Below, in pieces: positions 20,035 to 28,540 of a DNA stretch of 64,000 bases. Every line of letters begins with the position of its first letter. Position 1 is the stretch's first letter. Both the position numbers and the translations under genes were made by a program. The stretch is from Candidatus Gottesmanbacteria bacterium (lineage in GTDB: Bacteria; Patescibacteriota; Microgenomatia; UBA10105): assembly GCA_023245415.1 (NCBI GenBank), contig JAHFKJ010000001.1:32902-96901 (forward strand), written 5' to 3'. The notes beneath the pieces are model-generated. The model saw only the letters and a list, made by a program, of their open reading frames with translations, had not been told where the DNA came from and ran no database searches.

Positions 20035-20643
20035 TTAAGACTCCATCATAACAAAGTTTTTCAAGAGTTGCAATCCGTTTTTCTGGCTTTTTTCCGGATG
20101 AAATTGGACTCCGTAAATATTATGAAATTTGACACTGGATACAAACGTTTCTCCATAATCACAAGTGGAAGTGACAATTGGTTTCTCTTTTGGATCTATC
20201 ACATAGCTGTGGGCAAAATAAAAGGTTGGATTCTCTGGCAAATCTTTAAACAGACTAGTTTTATCCTTTACCAAAACATTATTCCAACCAACGTGTGGTA
20301 ACTTCTCTCGAGTGTTAATTTTTCTGACAATTCCCTGAATCCAATTTAATCCTTCATATTTACCATCTTCAAAACCGGTTTGGGCCAATAGCTGCAGTCC
20401 TAAACATATACCTAAATATAGTTTACCCTTGATTAACACTTCATCACGCAAGCAGTGAATAAGCTGACTCTTACGTATGGCTTTCATTCCGTCACAAAAC
20501 GCACCCTGGCCGGGAAAAATTAACTTATCAGCTTGTTGAATATACTTGGGTTCGGTTGTAATTTGATGCGGAGCTTTAAGATAGGCTAAAGCGTTTGCTA
20601 CTGATTTGACATTACCGATTCCCGAGTCAATGATTGCGATCAT
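20035..20643 (-). CDS. HisH-like class I glutamine amidotransferase subunit (WbuY/AglX-like)
   Basis: 'GICLGLQLL' catalytic Cys region and 'VQFHPEKS' His/Glu region. Confidence 0.7.
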   Translation of the reverse strand: MIAIIDSGIGNVKSVANALAYLKAPHQITTEPKYIQQADKLIFPGQGAFCDGMKAIRKSQLIHCLRDEVLIKGKLYLGICLGLQLLAQTGFEDGKYEGLNWIQGIVRKINTREKLPHVGWNNVLVKDKTSLFKDLPENPTFYFAHSYVIDPKEKPIVTSTCDYGETFVSSVKFHNIYGVQFHPEKSQKNGLQLLKNFVMMES

Positions 20644-21154
20644 ATTTAATTTTTTTTAACGTGCGTACCAGTACCTCGGTGTATAACGGATACAACTGTG
20701 CATACACTTCGGCCTCGGTTTTAATTTCTATGTTTTCAATCATTTTATATTCTTCGAAAAGTATTTCACCAGCATCGATTTTCTCCACCATCCAGTGTGA
20801 AGCGACAGAGGCTTTAGGATTGCCGTCGGCGATAAGTCTTTTTATCGGATTGACGCCTTTATACCTGTAAAGACAAGGGTGAAGATTTATACATGGTAAA
20901 GTTTCTACGAACTGTCTAGATAAAATTTTACGTCCGTGACAACAAATGAAAAGATCTATGTTAGCTGCGATTTCTTTGGGAAACGCGGGGTCATCTAAGA
21001 TTGAGGGTGGAAATGTGCGTAATTGAAAGCTGTTTGCGATTTGCTTAATGCCCTCGTCAACATATATTACATTACGTATGTCATGTTTTGATGCTAAAAG
21101 TGTTAATAATGTAATAACACCGGCAGTTTGGCCGCCATAGAATGCAATCCTCAC
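20627..21154 (-). CDS. Formyltransferase-fold protein (Formyl_trans_N-like), candidate sugar N-formyltransferase
   Basis: 'INLHPCLYRYKGVNP' matches the HxSLLPxxxG catalytic motif of formyltransferases, with a downstream Asp in 'VEKIDAGEIL'. Only about 175 aa, so N-domain only. Confidence 0.5.
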   Translation of the reverse strand: MRIAFYGGQTAGVITLLTLLASKHDIRNVIYVDEGIKQIANSFQLRTFPPSILDDPAFPKEIAANIDLFICCHGRKILSRQFVETLPCINLHPCLYRYKGVNPIKRLIADGNPKASVASHWMVEKIDAGEILFEEYKMIENIEIKTEAEVYAQLYPLYTEVLVRTLKKIKYDRNH

Positions 21155-21174
21155 GAAGGTATTGTATCAAAAAA

Positions 21175-22227
21175 TCACGCAAGTATTTCTCGAGTAAGTG
21201 GCGTTCCTCGTTGGATATCAAGTGCAGCTTTTCTTCCTAAAACTTCATCCAAATATTTTGGGTGTAATCCATATCCGGGGCGGATACAACGGACATTTTC
21301 TTGAGTAAATCTTTCACCTTTCCTGACGTTTTTGACAATAAAAAGTGAGCGACGGAAGACAATATTTTCTGATTCACGTTTGTCTGGTTTATATGTCGGC
21401 TTGCCAATAGCTTTTTCGACTTGGCGAATTTCTTGAACCAGCCGTTTGAACTCTAAAGGCTCTAATGAAAACGTGCAATCTGAACCACCTTCTTTACGCG
21501 AAAGTGTCAAATGTTTCTCGATGATTTTCGCTCCTAGTGCCACCGCAGTTATGGATGCAGTTAGACCTAAACTATGATCGGACAATCCCGGAATTACTTT
21601 AAATTTTTTTTGCAGATCCGGGATTGTCGCAATATTCATTTGTTCCAAAGTTGCTGGATAGGAACTGATGCAGTGGAGTACGGCGACCCCTGCTGCACCG
21701 TTTCTTTTAAGGGTGTTTATAGCCGTGATTATTTCTTCTGGTGAGGCTAACCCACGTGAGATTAATACCGGTTTTTTTGTTTGGCCAATCCGCTTGAGTA
21801 AGTCTACATCAATATTTTCAAATGACGCAATCTTGTATAGAGGCGGAGTTAATTCTTCTAAAAAATCAACCGCGGTGATATCAAAAGGCGTGGAAAAAAT
21901 GATTAAGCCTTTTTTTCGAGCATAAGCAAAAAGTTGCGGATGCCATTCCCAAGGAGTGTATACAGATTTATATAAGTCATAAAGTGTTTGGCCGGCCCAG
22001 GCATTGGCTTTGCCAATACGAAACCATTTTTTATCCGAATCAATTGTCAAGGTATCGGGTGTATAAGTTTGTAATTTGACTGCATCGACGCCTGCTTCTT
22101 TTGCAGCATCAATCAATTGATAAGCCCGATTAAGATTTTGTTTATGATTTCCCGATAGCTCAGCAACAATAAAACACGGCTGTCCAGCGCCAACTTTCCG
22201 TTTGTCTATTGAAAAAATATTCTGCAT
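21175..22227 (-). CDS. pseI: N-acetylneuraminate-synthase-family nonulosonic acid synthase, PseI-like
   Basis: 'CFIVAELSGNHKQNLNRAYQLIDAAKEAGVDAVKLQTY' TIM-barrel signature and a C-terminal SAF domain 'RRSLFIVKNVRKGERFTQENVRCIRPG'. Confidence 0.7.
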   Translation of the reverse strand: MQNIFSIDKRKVGAGQPCFIVAELSGNHKQNLNRAYQLIDAAKEAGVDAVKLQTYTPDTLTIDSDKKWFRIGKANAWAGQTLYDLYKSVYTPWEWHPQLFAYARKKGLIIFSTPFDITAVDFLEELTPPLYKIASFENIDVDLLKRIGQTKKPVLISRGLASPEEIITAINTLKRNGAAGVAVLHCISSYPATLEQMNIATIPDLQKKFKVIPGLSDHSLGLTASITAVALGAKIIEKHLTLSRKEGGSDCTFSLEPLEFKRLVQEIRQVEKAIGKPTYKPDKRESENIVFRRSLFIVKNVRKGERFTQENVRCIRPGYGLHPKYLDEVLGRKAALDIQRGTPLTREILA

Positions 22228-22241
22228 AAGAATTCATTATA

Positions 22242-22970
22242 TCATTGACCAAAATGCTTTCGTGGTATATGATTATTAATTGCTGGGAGTTCCGGGTGAG
22301 AGTCCAACAAAGAAATGATTTGCTGACAATTTAATGAATCTGCATGGTAATTCTCGATGAGAATTTTTATGAGTTGGTAATCTTCCTGAGTGTCAACTGA
22401 AAGTTGATAGGCAGATTTATCAATCCTTTGTACGAATTGACTTATTTTAAATTCCTGCCGGTGAGTTCGATAAATATATGGTGTTACATGTTCACGTTCC
22501 ACAGTATCGTGGGCGTTTTTATAAGCCGTTTCAAGCGCCTTAAACGTAAAAATTTCGAAATCAAACCCGCGGGGAAAAGTGCGTTTGATGGTATTTGATA
22601 GATAGTCAGAATTCTCTTCAAGATATTGTTCTAGGCCTTGGGAGATTAAATCTCCATCAATTAGAGGACAATCTGAAGTGATTCGAATAACTGTGTCAGC
22701 TTTAAATTCCTTTGCAGTTTCGTAATAGCGACTTAAAACATCATCTAATTTTCCTCGAAAGACTGTATACTGTTGTTTTTGACAATAGATATATAATTTA
22801 TCATCCGATGCGTTTGTGGATGTAGCAATCACAACTTGATCAATGTGTTTTGTACATTTAATTCGATTAACCACATACCACAATAACGCTTCACCATTTA
22901 TGGGTAATAAGACTTTACCTGGAAGTCTTGTTGAACTCATTCTGGCTTGAATGATTAAAACTATTTGCAT
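22242..22970 (-). CDS. pseF: Acylneuraminate cytidylyltransferase family (PseF/NeuA-like CMP-nonulosonate synthetase)
   Basis: 'IVLIIQARMSSTRLPGKVLLPINGEALL' and 'VVIATSTNASDD'. Confidence 0.7.
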   Translation of the reverse strand: MQIVLIIQARMSSTRLPGKVLLPINGEALLWYVVNRIKCTKHIDQVVIATSTNASDDKLYIYCQKQQYTVFRGKLDDVLSRYYETAKEFKADTVIRITSDCPLIDGDLISQGLEQYLEENSDYLSNTIKRTFPRGFDFEIFTFKALETAYKNAHDTVEREHVTPYIYRTHRQEFKISQFVQRIDKSAYQLSVDTQEDYQLIKILIENYHADSLNCQQIISLLDSHPELPAINNHIPRKHFGQ

Positions 22971-22976
22971 AAGATA

Positions 22977-24014
22977 CTATATCTTATAAAGTGCATCAAA
23001 AAACATTTTTTGTATCGGATGCGGACTCCGTCTATAGATTAAGCGCCAATTTTTCGGAAACTGATAATCAAATTCCTTAATATAAGAATTAACTGAAGTT
23101 CTGGATTTACGCCATTGTTTTAGATAAAAAAAACCATGAGTAAGTCGATCGATTAAACTCACAAAATTTTTAATTTGTTCTCTCGTCATCTCATGAAAGG
23201 AACTGATGTTTATCATTAAATTATAATATTTTTTAGGTAAGTATTCTAATTGATGCGGGAGTATGAAGCGTATTCGTGCAGAGATAAATTCTTTCTTAAT
23301 TTGGTTAAAAGACTTAAACGAATGGAAGAAAAATATCCTATCGTTTGGAAAAACTGCCGATATATATTTTTGAGATACATGAAGTGCTGGTGGTATATCG
23401 ATAATTGTATAAGTGCATTGTGGTAGTACCTTCAGGAATACAGTTGCTAATCTACCGTATCCGGCCCCGATTTCTGCAATATTCATTTTACTCTGGCCGG
23501 CTATTTTATTGGTTATACTATAAAATTCATGAATTGAATTACATAAATCCTGAGATAATAATTGATTTTTGTATTCAACTATAAATGGATTGCCGATTTT
23601 TGGTTCGGAGGCAATGTTGAAAATTTCTTTAATGTCTGTTGCTTTCAAATAGTCGGCATAAGACGCTACAAATATTCTGTATATAAAAGCTGAGATAGCA
23701 TTGAAATGTTTAATATTTCCCGCTTTCGTATTATTGTAATTTCTAAATCTACTCAAATAAAGTGGTTTCAGATTTCCCTGAAAAAGTTGAGATAATACTA
23801 TATTTAGTTGCTGTCTGATTATCCCTAAAGTTCCCCAGTTAAAATATTTCATATTAACAGTGCGTTTGAAATTCTTAAACCCATAATGTATCAATTGGTC
23901 AGTATGTTTACTATTTAATTCTTCCCAAAATTGAGAAGGAAAATAAATTGGCTTACTAGAACGAAGCTCTTTATGCATGCTGGATTGTTGCAGTTTATCC
24001 GAGTTGCTAGTCAT
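22977..24014 (-). CDS. SAM-dependent methyltransferase, putative sugar O-methyltransferase
   Basis: 'EIGAGYGRLATVFLKVLPQCTYTIIDIPP' SAM motif I. N-terminal 'FWEELN...GFKNFKRTVNMKYFNW' block. Confidence 0.45.
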   Translation of the reverse strand: MTSNSDKLQQSSMHKELRSSKPIYFPSQFWEELNSKHTDQLIHYGFKNFKRTVNMKYFNWGTLGIIRQQLNIVLSQLFQGNLKPLYLSRFRNYNNTKAGNIKHFNAISAFIYRIFVASYADYLKATDIKEIFNIASEPKIGNPFIVEYKNQLLSQDLCNSIHEFYSITNKIAGQSKMNIAEIGAGYGRLATVFLKVLPQCTYTIIDIPPALHVSQKYISAVFPNDRIFFFHSFKSFNQIKKEFISARIRFILPHQLEYLPKKYYNLMINISSFHEMTREQIKNFVSLIDRLTHGFFYLKQWRKSRTSVNSYIKEFDYQFPKNWRLIYRRSPHPIQKMFFDALYKI

Positions 24015-24023
24015 ATATGCGGA

Positions 24024-25643
24024 TTATTTTTTTTGCGCGACGATTAGTTGTATTGGAGATCCTTTGCATAAATAAAATAGATATGAAATAGGTACGAGGA
24101 TAATTCCTAACATCCCTATAATAATAGGCAATATTAACTTATATTTATGAGTGTATTTTAGAGCAAAAATATTTAGTTTTGGTGAAATGCGATATAATAT
24201 GCTTTGTGTCAATCCGATGGGGATATATTCAATTGCATAAATAGTTCTTTTTTTAATGATTCTGAATCCTACATCCTCAATTATTTGTGTTAGTCCATTT
24301 GGGGTAAAGTGAAAGAGATGTCTAGGCGGGTCTAGATGAAACCAGCTCGAACCAAATAAAATTCTTTCCCATGAGTTGTAGTTCGGGCATTCTATTATCA
24401 GAATTCCACCTTTTTTTAAGTATATAGATACCTTTTTAAGTGTTTGTAAAGGATTTTTTAGATGTTCAAAACTTTCCCAAAAAGTAACTAGATTGTAAGA
24501 CATAGGCTTTTCATTCATTTTTTCTACTCCTACGAGCTTAACATTTGAACTTTTAGAATCAGAGAATGGGGTTTCTATACATTGATAGAAGTACTTATTA
24601 GAATCTAATTGACCTCCTATTTTTCCGTCACCGCAGCCAATGTCTAAAATTTTTCCCGCAGGTAAAAAGCTTTTAATTATTTTTGGGCGTCGAACTTGCA
24701 AAAGACTGTATATAAAGGTTTTTAAAAAAATAAAGTATATTTTAGGGTAAAAAGTATGCAAACCATTAGGCTTTGGGTGTGTAAATCCAATATTGCAGGG
24801 AGTACAATAATATATTGAAAATATATTATTGCTGACAGCATCGCGAACATTATACTCTAAACGAGTTATGGATCGTCTACACAAAGGGCATTGTTGTACG
24901 GAAACTTTACTAAAAGGTCCGGAAGGCTTTTTGACAAATTTTGATATTACATATTGAGTGAGCGTCTTGAAAGTCCCTAATGCATAAATCGTACTATTTT
25001 TTAAGTTCGCCGTATGCATTTTCGGATGATAATCACAGGATACTTGTATTTCAGCTATTTTAAATTTATAAAATACTGCCTGTACGATAATTTCGAAGCT
25101 AAAAAGATAATCATCGGAATTTTGGTAAAAAGGAATTGATGTAAGTAATTTTCGTGTGTATAGTCTAAATCCTGAGTGGAATTCTGAAAGCTCTAACCCG
25201 AGTAGTAAATTATCTACATACGAAAGGCCACGATTTGCAATAAACTTATGGATAGGCATTTTTCGATCAAGAGCATCTTTCGGGTGAATAAACCTTGATC
25301 CGAGAGCCAAATCATAACCCCGGGAGATTTTTTTGAGGAACAAAGGTAAATTTTGCGGATCGTATTGATTGTCCGGATGGAATTCAATTATTATATCAGC
25401 ACTAGCTTCTAGAGCACGTGAAAGGCTAACTTTGAGGTTTCCACCGTATCCCAAGTTTAGAGAATTACGAAATACTGTGATTGGAAGTTCTTTCGCAACT
25501 TTATAAGTATTGTCCGTAGACGCATCATCTACGAGTATAATTTGGTCTATAAGTTTTTTAGGAAGTCTATTGTAAGAATCAACTAAAGTTTTAGCTGCAT
25601 TGTGTGCAGGCATAACTACAATGATTTTAGGTTTTTTGGTCAT
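24024..25643 (-). CDS. Fusion protein: N-terminal GT2 (DPM1-like), central Cys4 ribbon, C-terminal class I SAM methyltransferase, and a C-terminal TM anchor
   Basis: N-terminal 'KIIVVMPAHNAAKTLVDSYNRLPKKLIDQIILVDDASTDNT'. Central 'CPLCRRS...CTPCNIG'. C-terminal 'ILDIGCGDGKIGGQL' and the hydrophobic tail 'LILPIIIGMLGIILVPISYLFYLC'. Confidence 0.6.
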   Translation of the reverse strand: MTKKPKIIVVMPAHNAAKTLVDSYNRLPKKLIDQIILVDDASTDNTYKVAKELPITVFRNSLNLGYGGNLKVSLSRALEASADIIIEFHPDNQYDPQNLPLFLKKISRGYDLALGSRFIHPKDALDRKMPIHKFIANRGLSYVDNLLLGLELSEFHSGFRLYTRKLLTSIPFYQNSDDYLFSFEIIVQAVFYKFKIAEIQVSCDYHPKMHTANLKNSTIYALGTFKTLTQYVISKFVKKPSGPFSKVSVQQCPLCRRSITRLEYNVRDAVSNNIFSIYYCTPCNIGFTHPKPNGLHTFYPKIYFIFLKTFIYSLLQVRRPKIIKSFLPAGKILDIGCGDGKIGGQLDSNKYFYQCIETPFSDSKSSNVKLVGVEKMNEKPMSYNLVTFWESFEHLKNPLQTLKKVSIYLKKGGILIIECPNYNSWERILFGSSWFHLDPPRHLFHFTPNGLTQIIEDVGFRIIKKRTIYAIEYIPIGLTQSILYRISPKLNIFALKYTHKYKLILPIIIGMLGIILVPISYLFYLCKGSPIQLIVAQKK

Positions 25644-26884
25644 GGAACAATGCTTACGGAAGGGACAGGTATAATAAATTTACCTCCTTGAGTTATATAA
25701 TTTTTTTCTTTATCCATTATCTCTTTCGCAAAGTTCCAGGCTAAAAGTAAAATATAGTCAGGTTTTCGCTTGGATATTTCGACTTCAGGATAAATTCTGA
25801 TATGAGATCCGGGGGTATATAATCCTTGTTTATATGGAGTTGAATCAACTGCAAAATCAATAAGCGTATTATTAATACTGCAGTAATTAAGTAGAATATT
25901 GCCTTTTGCTGCAGCACCGTAGGCAGCGATAGTTTTGCCGTTATTTTTCAGTTTTTGTAATGTCATCTTCAGTTCTCTGCGTAATCTTTTTATACGTTTT
26001 GCGAATAAATTTAATACTGACAAATTGCCCAGGCCAAATTTCTCTTCGGCGGCAATCATGTCCTTGATTTTGTCGTTTATTGTATTATTATTCTGGTTTT
26101 CCTTTTTACCGATATAGACCCGTAATGATCCGCCATCTATAGACGTCCGTTCGATGTCTATTAAATGAAGATTTACTTGTGAAAGCAGGTTTAATAAAGG
26201 TTTTACTGAAAAGTAGGAAAGATGCTCATGATAAATCGTGTCGAATTGATTTTTTTCAATTAAATCCATTAGATACGGAAATTCACATATAAAAGCTCCG
26301 TTATCAGAAAGAAGTATTTTGATTGAATTAAATAAGTCATGTAAATCCTGTATATGGGCAACCACATTTGTTGCGGTGATAATTTTAGCGGTACCTTTTG
26401 CGGAGCGTATTTTTTTCGCCAGTTTTTGAGAAATATAATCATTGATTGTTTCTATACCTTTTAACTGGGCTATTTTTGCTAAATTGGTCGCCGGGTCAAT
26501 TCCTAAAGTTTTAATACCATAACCTCTAAAATAGGAGAGCAAACTGCCATCGTTGCTTCCTATATCAATCACTAAAGATTCAGTTGAAATGTGAAAACGA
26601 TTACGGATAGTAAAAGCTATATCTGCAAAGTTGCTCATTCTGGTTTTCGAACTTGAAGGTATATACACATAGTTTTTAAACATTGCTTCAGGGTTTACTG
26701 TCTCTGCCAGTTGGACAAGACCGCAGTCCATACAATAGGCGGTGTTTAATGGGTATTTATTTTCTTTCTTTTTTAGATCTTCCAATTTCAAGAATCCATT
26801 AGGGAGAGGAATCGTTCCTAGATTTAAAAATGTAAACAGTCTTTTTCCTTTACAGATTCTACAGTGAACTAATTTTTTAGTCAT
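25640..26884 (-). CDS. Zn-ribbon plus SAM methyltransferase of the NDP-sugar C-methyltransferase-like family; paralog of 11770..13011
   Basis: 'CRICKGKRL...CMDCGLVQL', 'LVIDIGSNDGSLL', 'FDTIYHEHLSYFS', 'GGSLRVY' and 'KTIAAYGAAAKGNILLNY'. Colinear with 11770..13011 over the full length. Confidence 0.6.
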   Translation of the reverse strand: MTKKLVHCRICKGKRLFTFLNLGTIPLPNGFLKLEDLKKKENKYPLNTAYCMDCGLVQLAETVNPEAMFKNYVYIPSSSKTRMSNFADIAFTIRNRFHISTESLVIDIGSNDGSLLSYFRGYGIKTLGIDPATNLAKIAQLKGIETINDYISQKLAKKIRSAKGTAKIITATNVVAHIQDLHDLFNSIKILLSDNGAFICEFPYLMDLIEKNQFDTIYHEHLSYFSVKPLLNLLSQVNLHLIDIERTSIDGGSLRVYIGKKENQNNNTINDKIKDMIAAEEKFGLGNLSVLNLFAKRIKRLRRELKMTLQKLKNNGKTIAAYGAAAKGNILLNYCSINNTLIDFAVDSTPYKQGLYTPGSHIRIYPEVEISKRKPDYILLLAWNFAKEIMDKEKNYITQGGKFIIPVPSVSIVP

Positions 26885-26916
26885 ACAAATAAGAAAACAA
26901 TTTTATATTGAGTAGT

Positions 26917-28476
26917 TTACTTCGACAAGCTGTATAAATATAGACTTTTAGTTCTTGCGCCATCTGATAAGTTGCTTTCGGAAAATTCTTTAATTAAGGA
27001 ATAGTTTTTTTTAATTTCATTTAATATCTCAAGTCGCTGTAATTCGGTTCTCCCGAAATAATGTGTATAAGAATCATTATAGATAATCATTGCTATTCTT
27101 TTATTGTGTATCATATCTTTAAATTCTTCTAAAGATGTCAAATGGTACTTTTGAGCAGATTGCGTGTCTAATATTGATAATGATCCGGCACCTTCATTCA
27201 TACGAATTGGTACGCTTCTATTTATTTCAGCGACAACTGGTAGGTAAAAAGTGATGATTAAGTCATCTATGTTTGTATTATTTTCTACAAATGCTGATAT
27301 CTCGCGAACGTAGTCATGAGGGTTTTTTTGTATAGTACTTAAGGACGTTTTAAGAAATTTGTAATGGGGAAAAGCAACAAAATTGGAAAATAGTATAAAA
27401 ATTAGTAGTGCGTAAAGAAATTTCCTGGTACTAACTCCAGAAATTTTTTGGCTGGTTATTATAACATAGTTGCTTGCCATTATTGATAATAAAGGTACAA
27501 CTGGATATAAATATGAGGAGTCCATGGGGTGATGAATTAAAGCGGTTAAAAGATATATAAAAATTATCATCCGGCAAAACAGAGAAAAGAGATAGTTTTT
27601 TTTAGAAGTTACTGTTTTTGTGAACAAAATTTCACTCAATATTATTATTAGAAATATTCCATAGTCTCTGATCGTTAATATAATAAATTCAATTATATTA
27701 GTTAAATTATACCTAGGGATATCTGAAACATATATAAGAATTTTTTTTGAGAAAAAAGGCCAAATAAGAGCATAAAGAGTTAGCTGAACACTTTTAAATA
27801 AAAAGGGCAGATATACACAAGTCGCTGTAAGAAGTCCAATTCCAGTCACCTTAATCAAATAATTCCTATTCTGCCTATGTCTGTATAAAGTATAAAACCA
27901 GCATAAAAGTAAGATTGGAATAGTTTGCGATCGTACAGCGGTATTAATTACAGCGAACATAATTGCAGCTGAGTTCCAATGAAGGATATGCCTTTTGGAT
28001 TTCAAAGACTTTGAGATGCAAAAAATGGTCAATATCAAAAATAATGACATTATTTGACTTGAATACGGGATATTTGAGTTGTAAAGATAGGTAATACTGC
28101 CAAACGTCAAAAATAAACCAGTTAATAAAACTTGTTTTCCGGATCCTAATGTTCTGCTGATTATTAAACACAGAATCAAGACTATCAAAGCTATTAGAAA
28201 TCCGATTACACGTTGAGAAAATATTGTTGGAAGTGTAAAAAGTGATGAGAATCCAATCAGATAATCAGTGAGAAGACTATTCCATCCGTTATAATCTATA
28301 AAAGGAATATGACCTGAATAAGCCAATTTTGCATTATAAAGTGCGATACCTTCATCGGTTGTTATATATCCGTATACTATAAAAATTAACCGTAAAATTA
28401 TATTTATACTCAATATTACAGAAAATAAAAGCATCCCACGGTTGCGAAGTGACTTAGTAAAATTAATAAATTTCAT
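26917..28476 (-). CDS. Large polytopic membrane protein, GT-C-like (ArnT/PMT-like acidic loop motif)
   Basis: 519 aa, many TM segments. First loop 'GYITTDEGIALYNAKLAYSG'. C-terminal soluble domain. Confidence 0.4.
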   Translation of the reverse strand: MKFINFTKSLRNRGMLLFSVILSINIILRLIFIVYGYITTDEGIALYNAKLAYSGHIPFIDYNGWNSLLTDYLIGFSSLFTLPTIFSQRVIGFLIALIVLILCLIISRTLGSGKQVLLTGLFLTFGSITYLYNSNIPYSSQIMSLFLILTIFCISKSLKSKRHILHWNSAAIMFAVINTAVRSQTIPILLLCWFYTLYRHRQNRNYLIKVTGIGLLTATCVYLPFLFKSVQLTLYALIWPFFSKKILIYVSDIPRYNLTNIIEFIILTIRDYGIFLIIILSEILFTKTVTSKKNYLFSLFCRMIIFIYLLTALIHHPMDSSYLYPVVPLLSIMASNYVIITSQKISGVSTRKFLYALLIFILFSNFVAFPHYKFLKTSLSTIQKNPHDYVREISAFVENNTNIDDLIITFYLPVVAEINRSVPIRMNEGAGSLSILDTQSAQKYHLTSLEEFKDMIHNKRIAMIIYNDSYTHYFGRTELQRLEILNEIKKNYSLIKEFSESNLSDGARTKSLYLYSLSK

Positions 28477-28540
28477 AAAATACTGAGCATATTCTACTTA
28501 AAATATTGTGGATAGGCCAGTATTATGATATCTTTGTCGC

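Noticed and set aside
18013-20643. hisH/hisF homologs as evidence of a histidine biosynthesis operon.
   Set aside because: No hisA, hisB, hisD, hisG or hisI is present. The pair flanks a WbuX/PseA-type PP-loop amidotransferase and sits among nonulosonate genes, so it is a co-opted IGP-synthase-like pair for amidino-sugar synthesis, not histidine metabolism.
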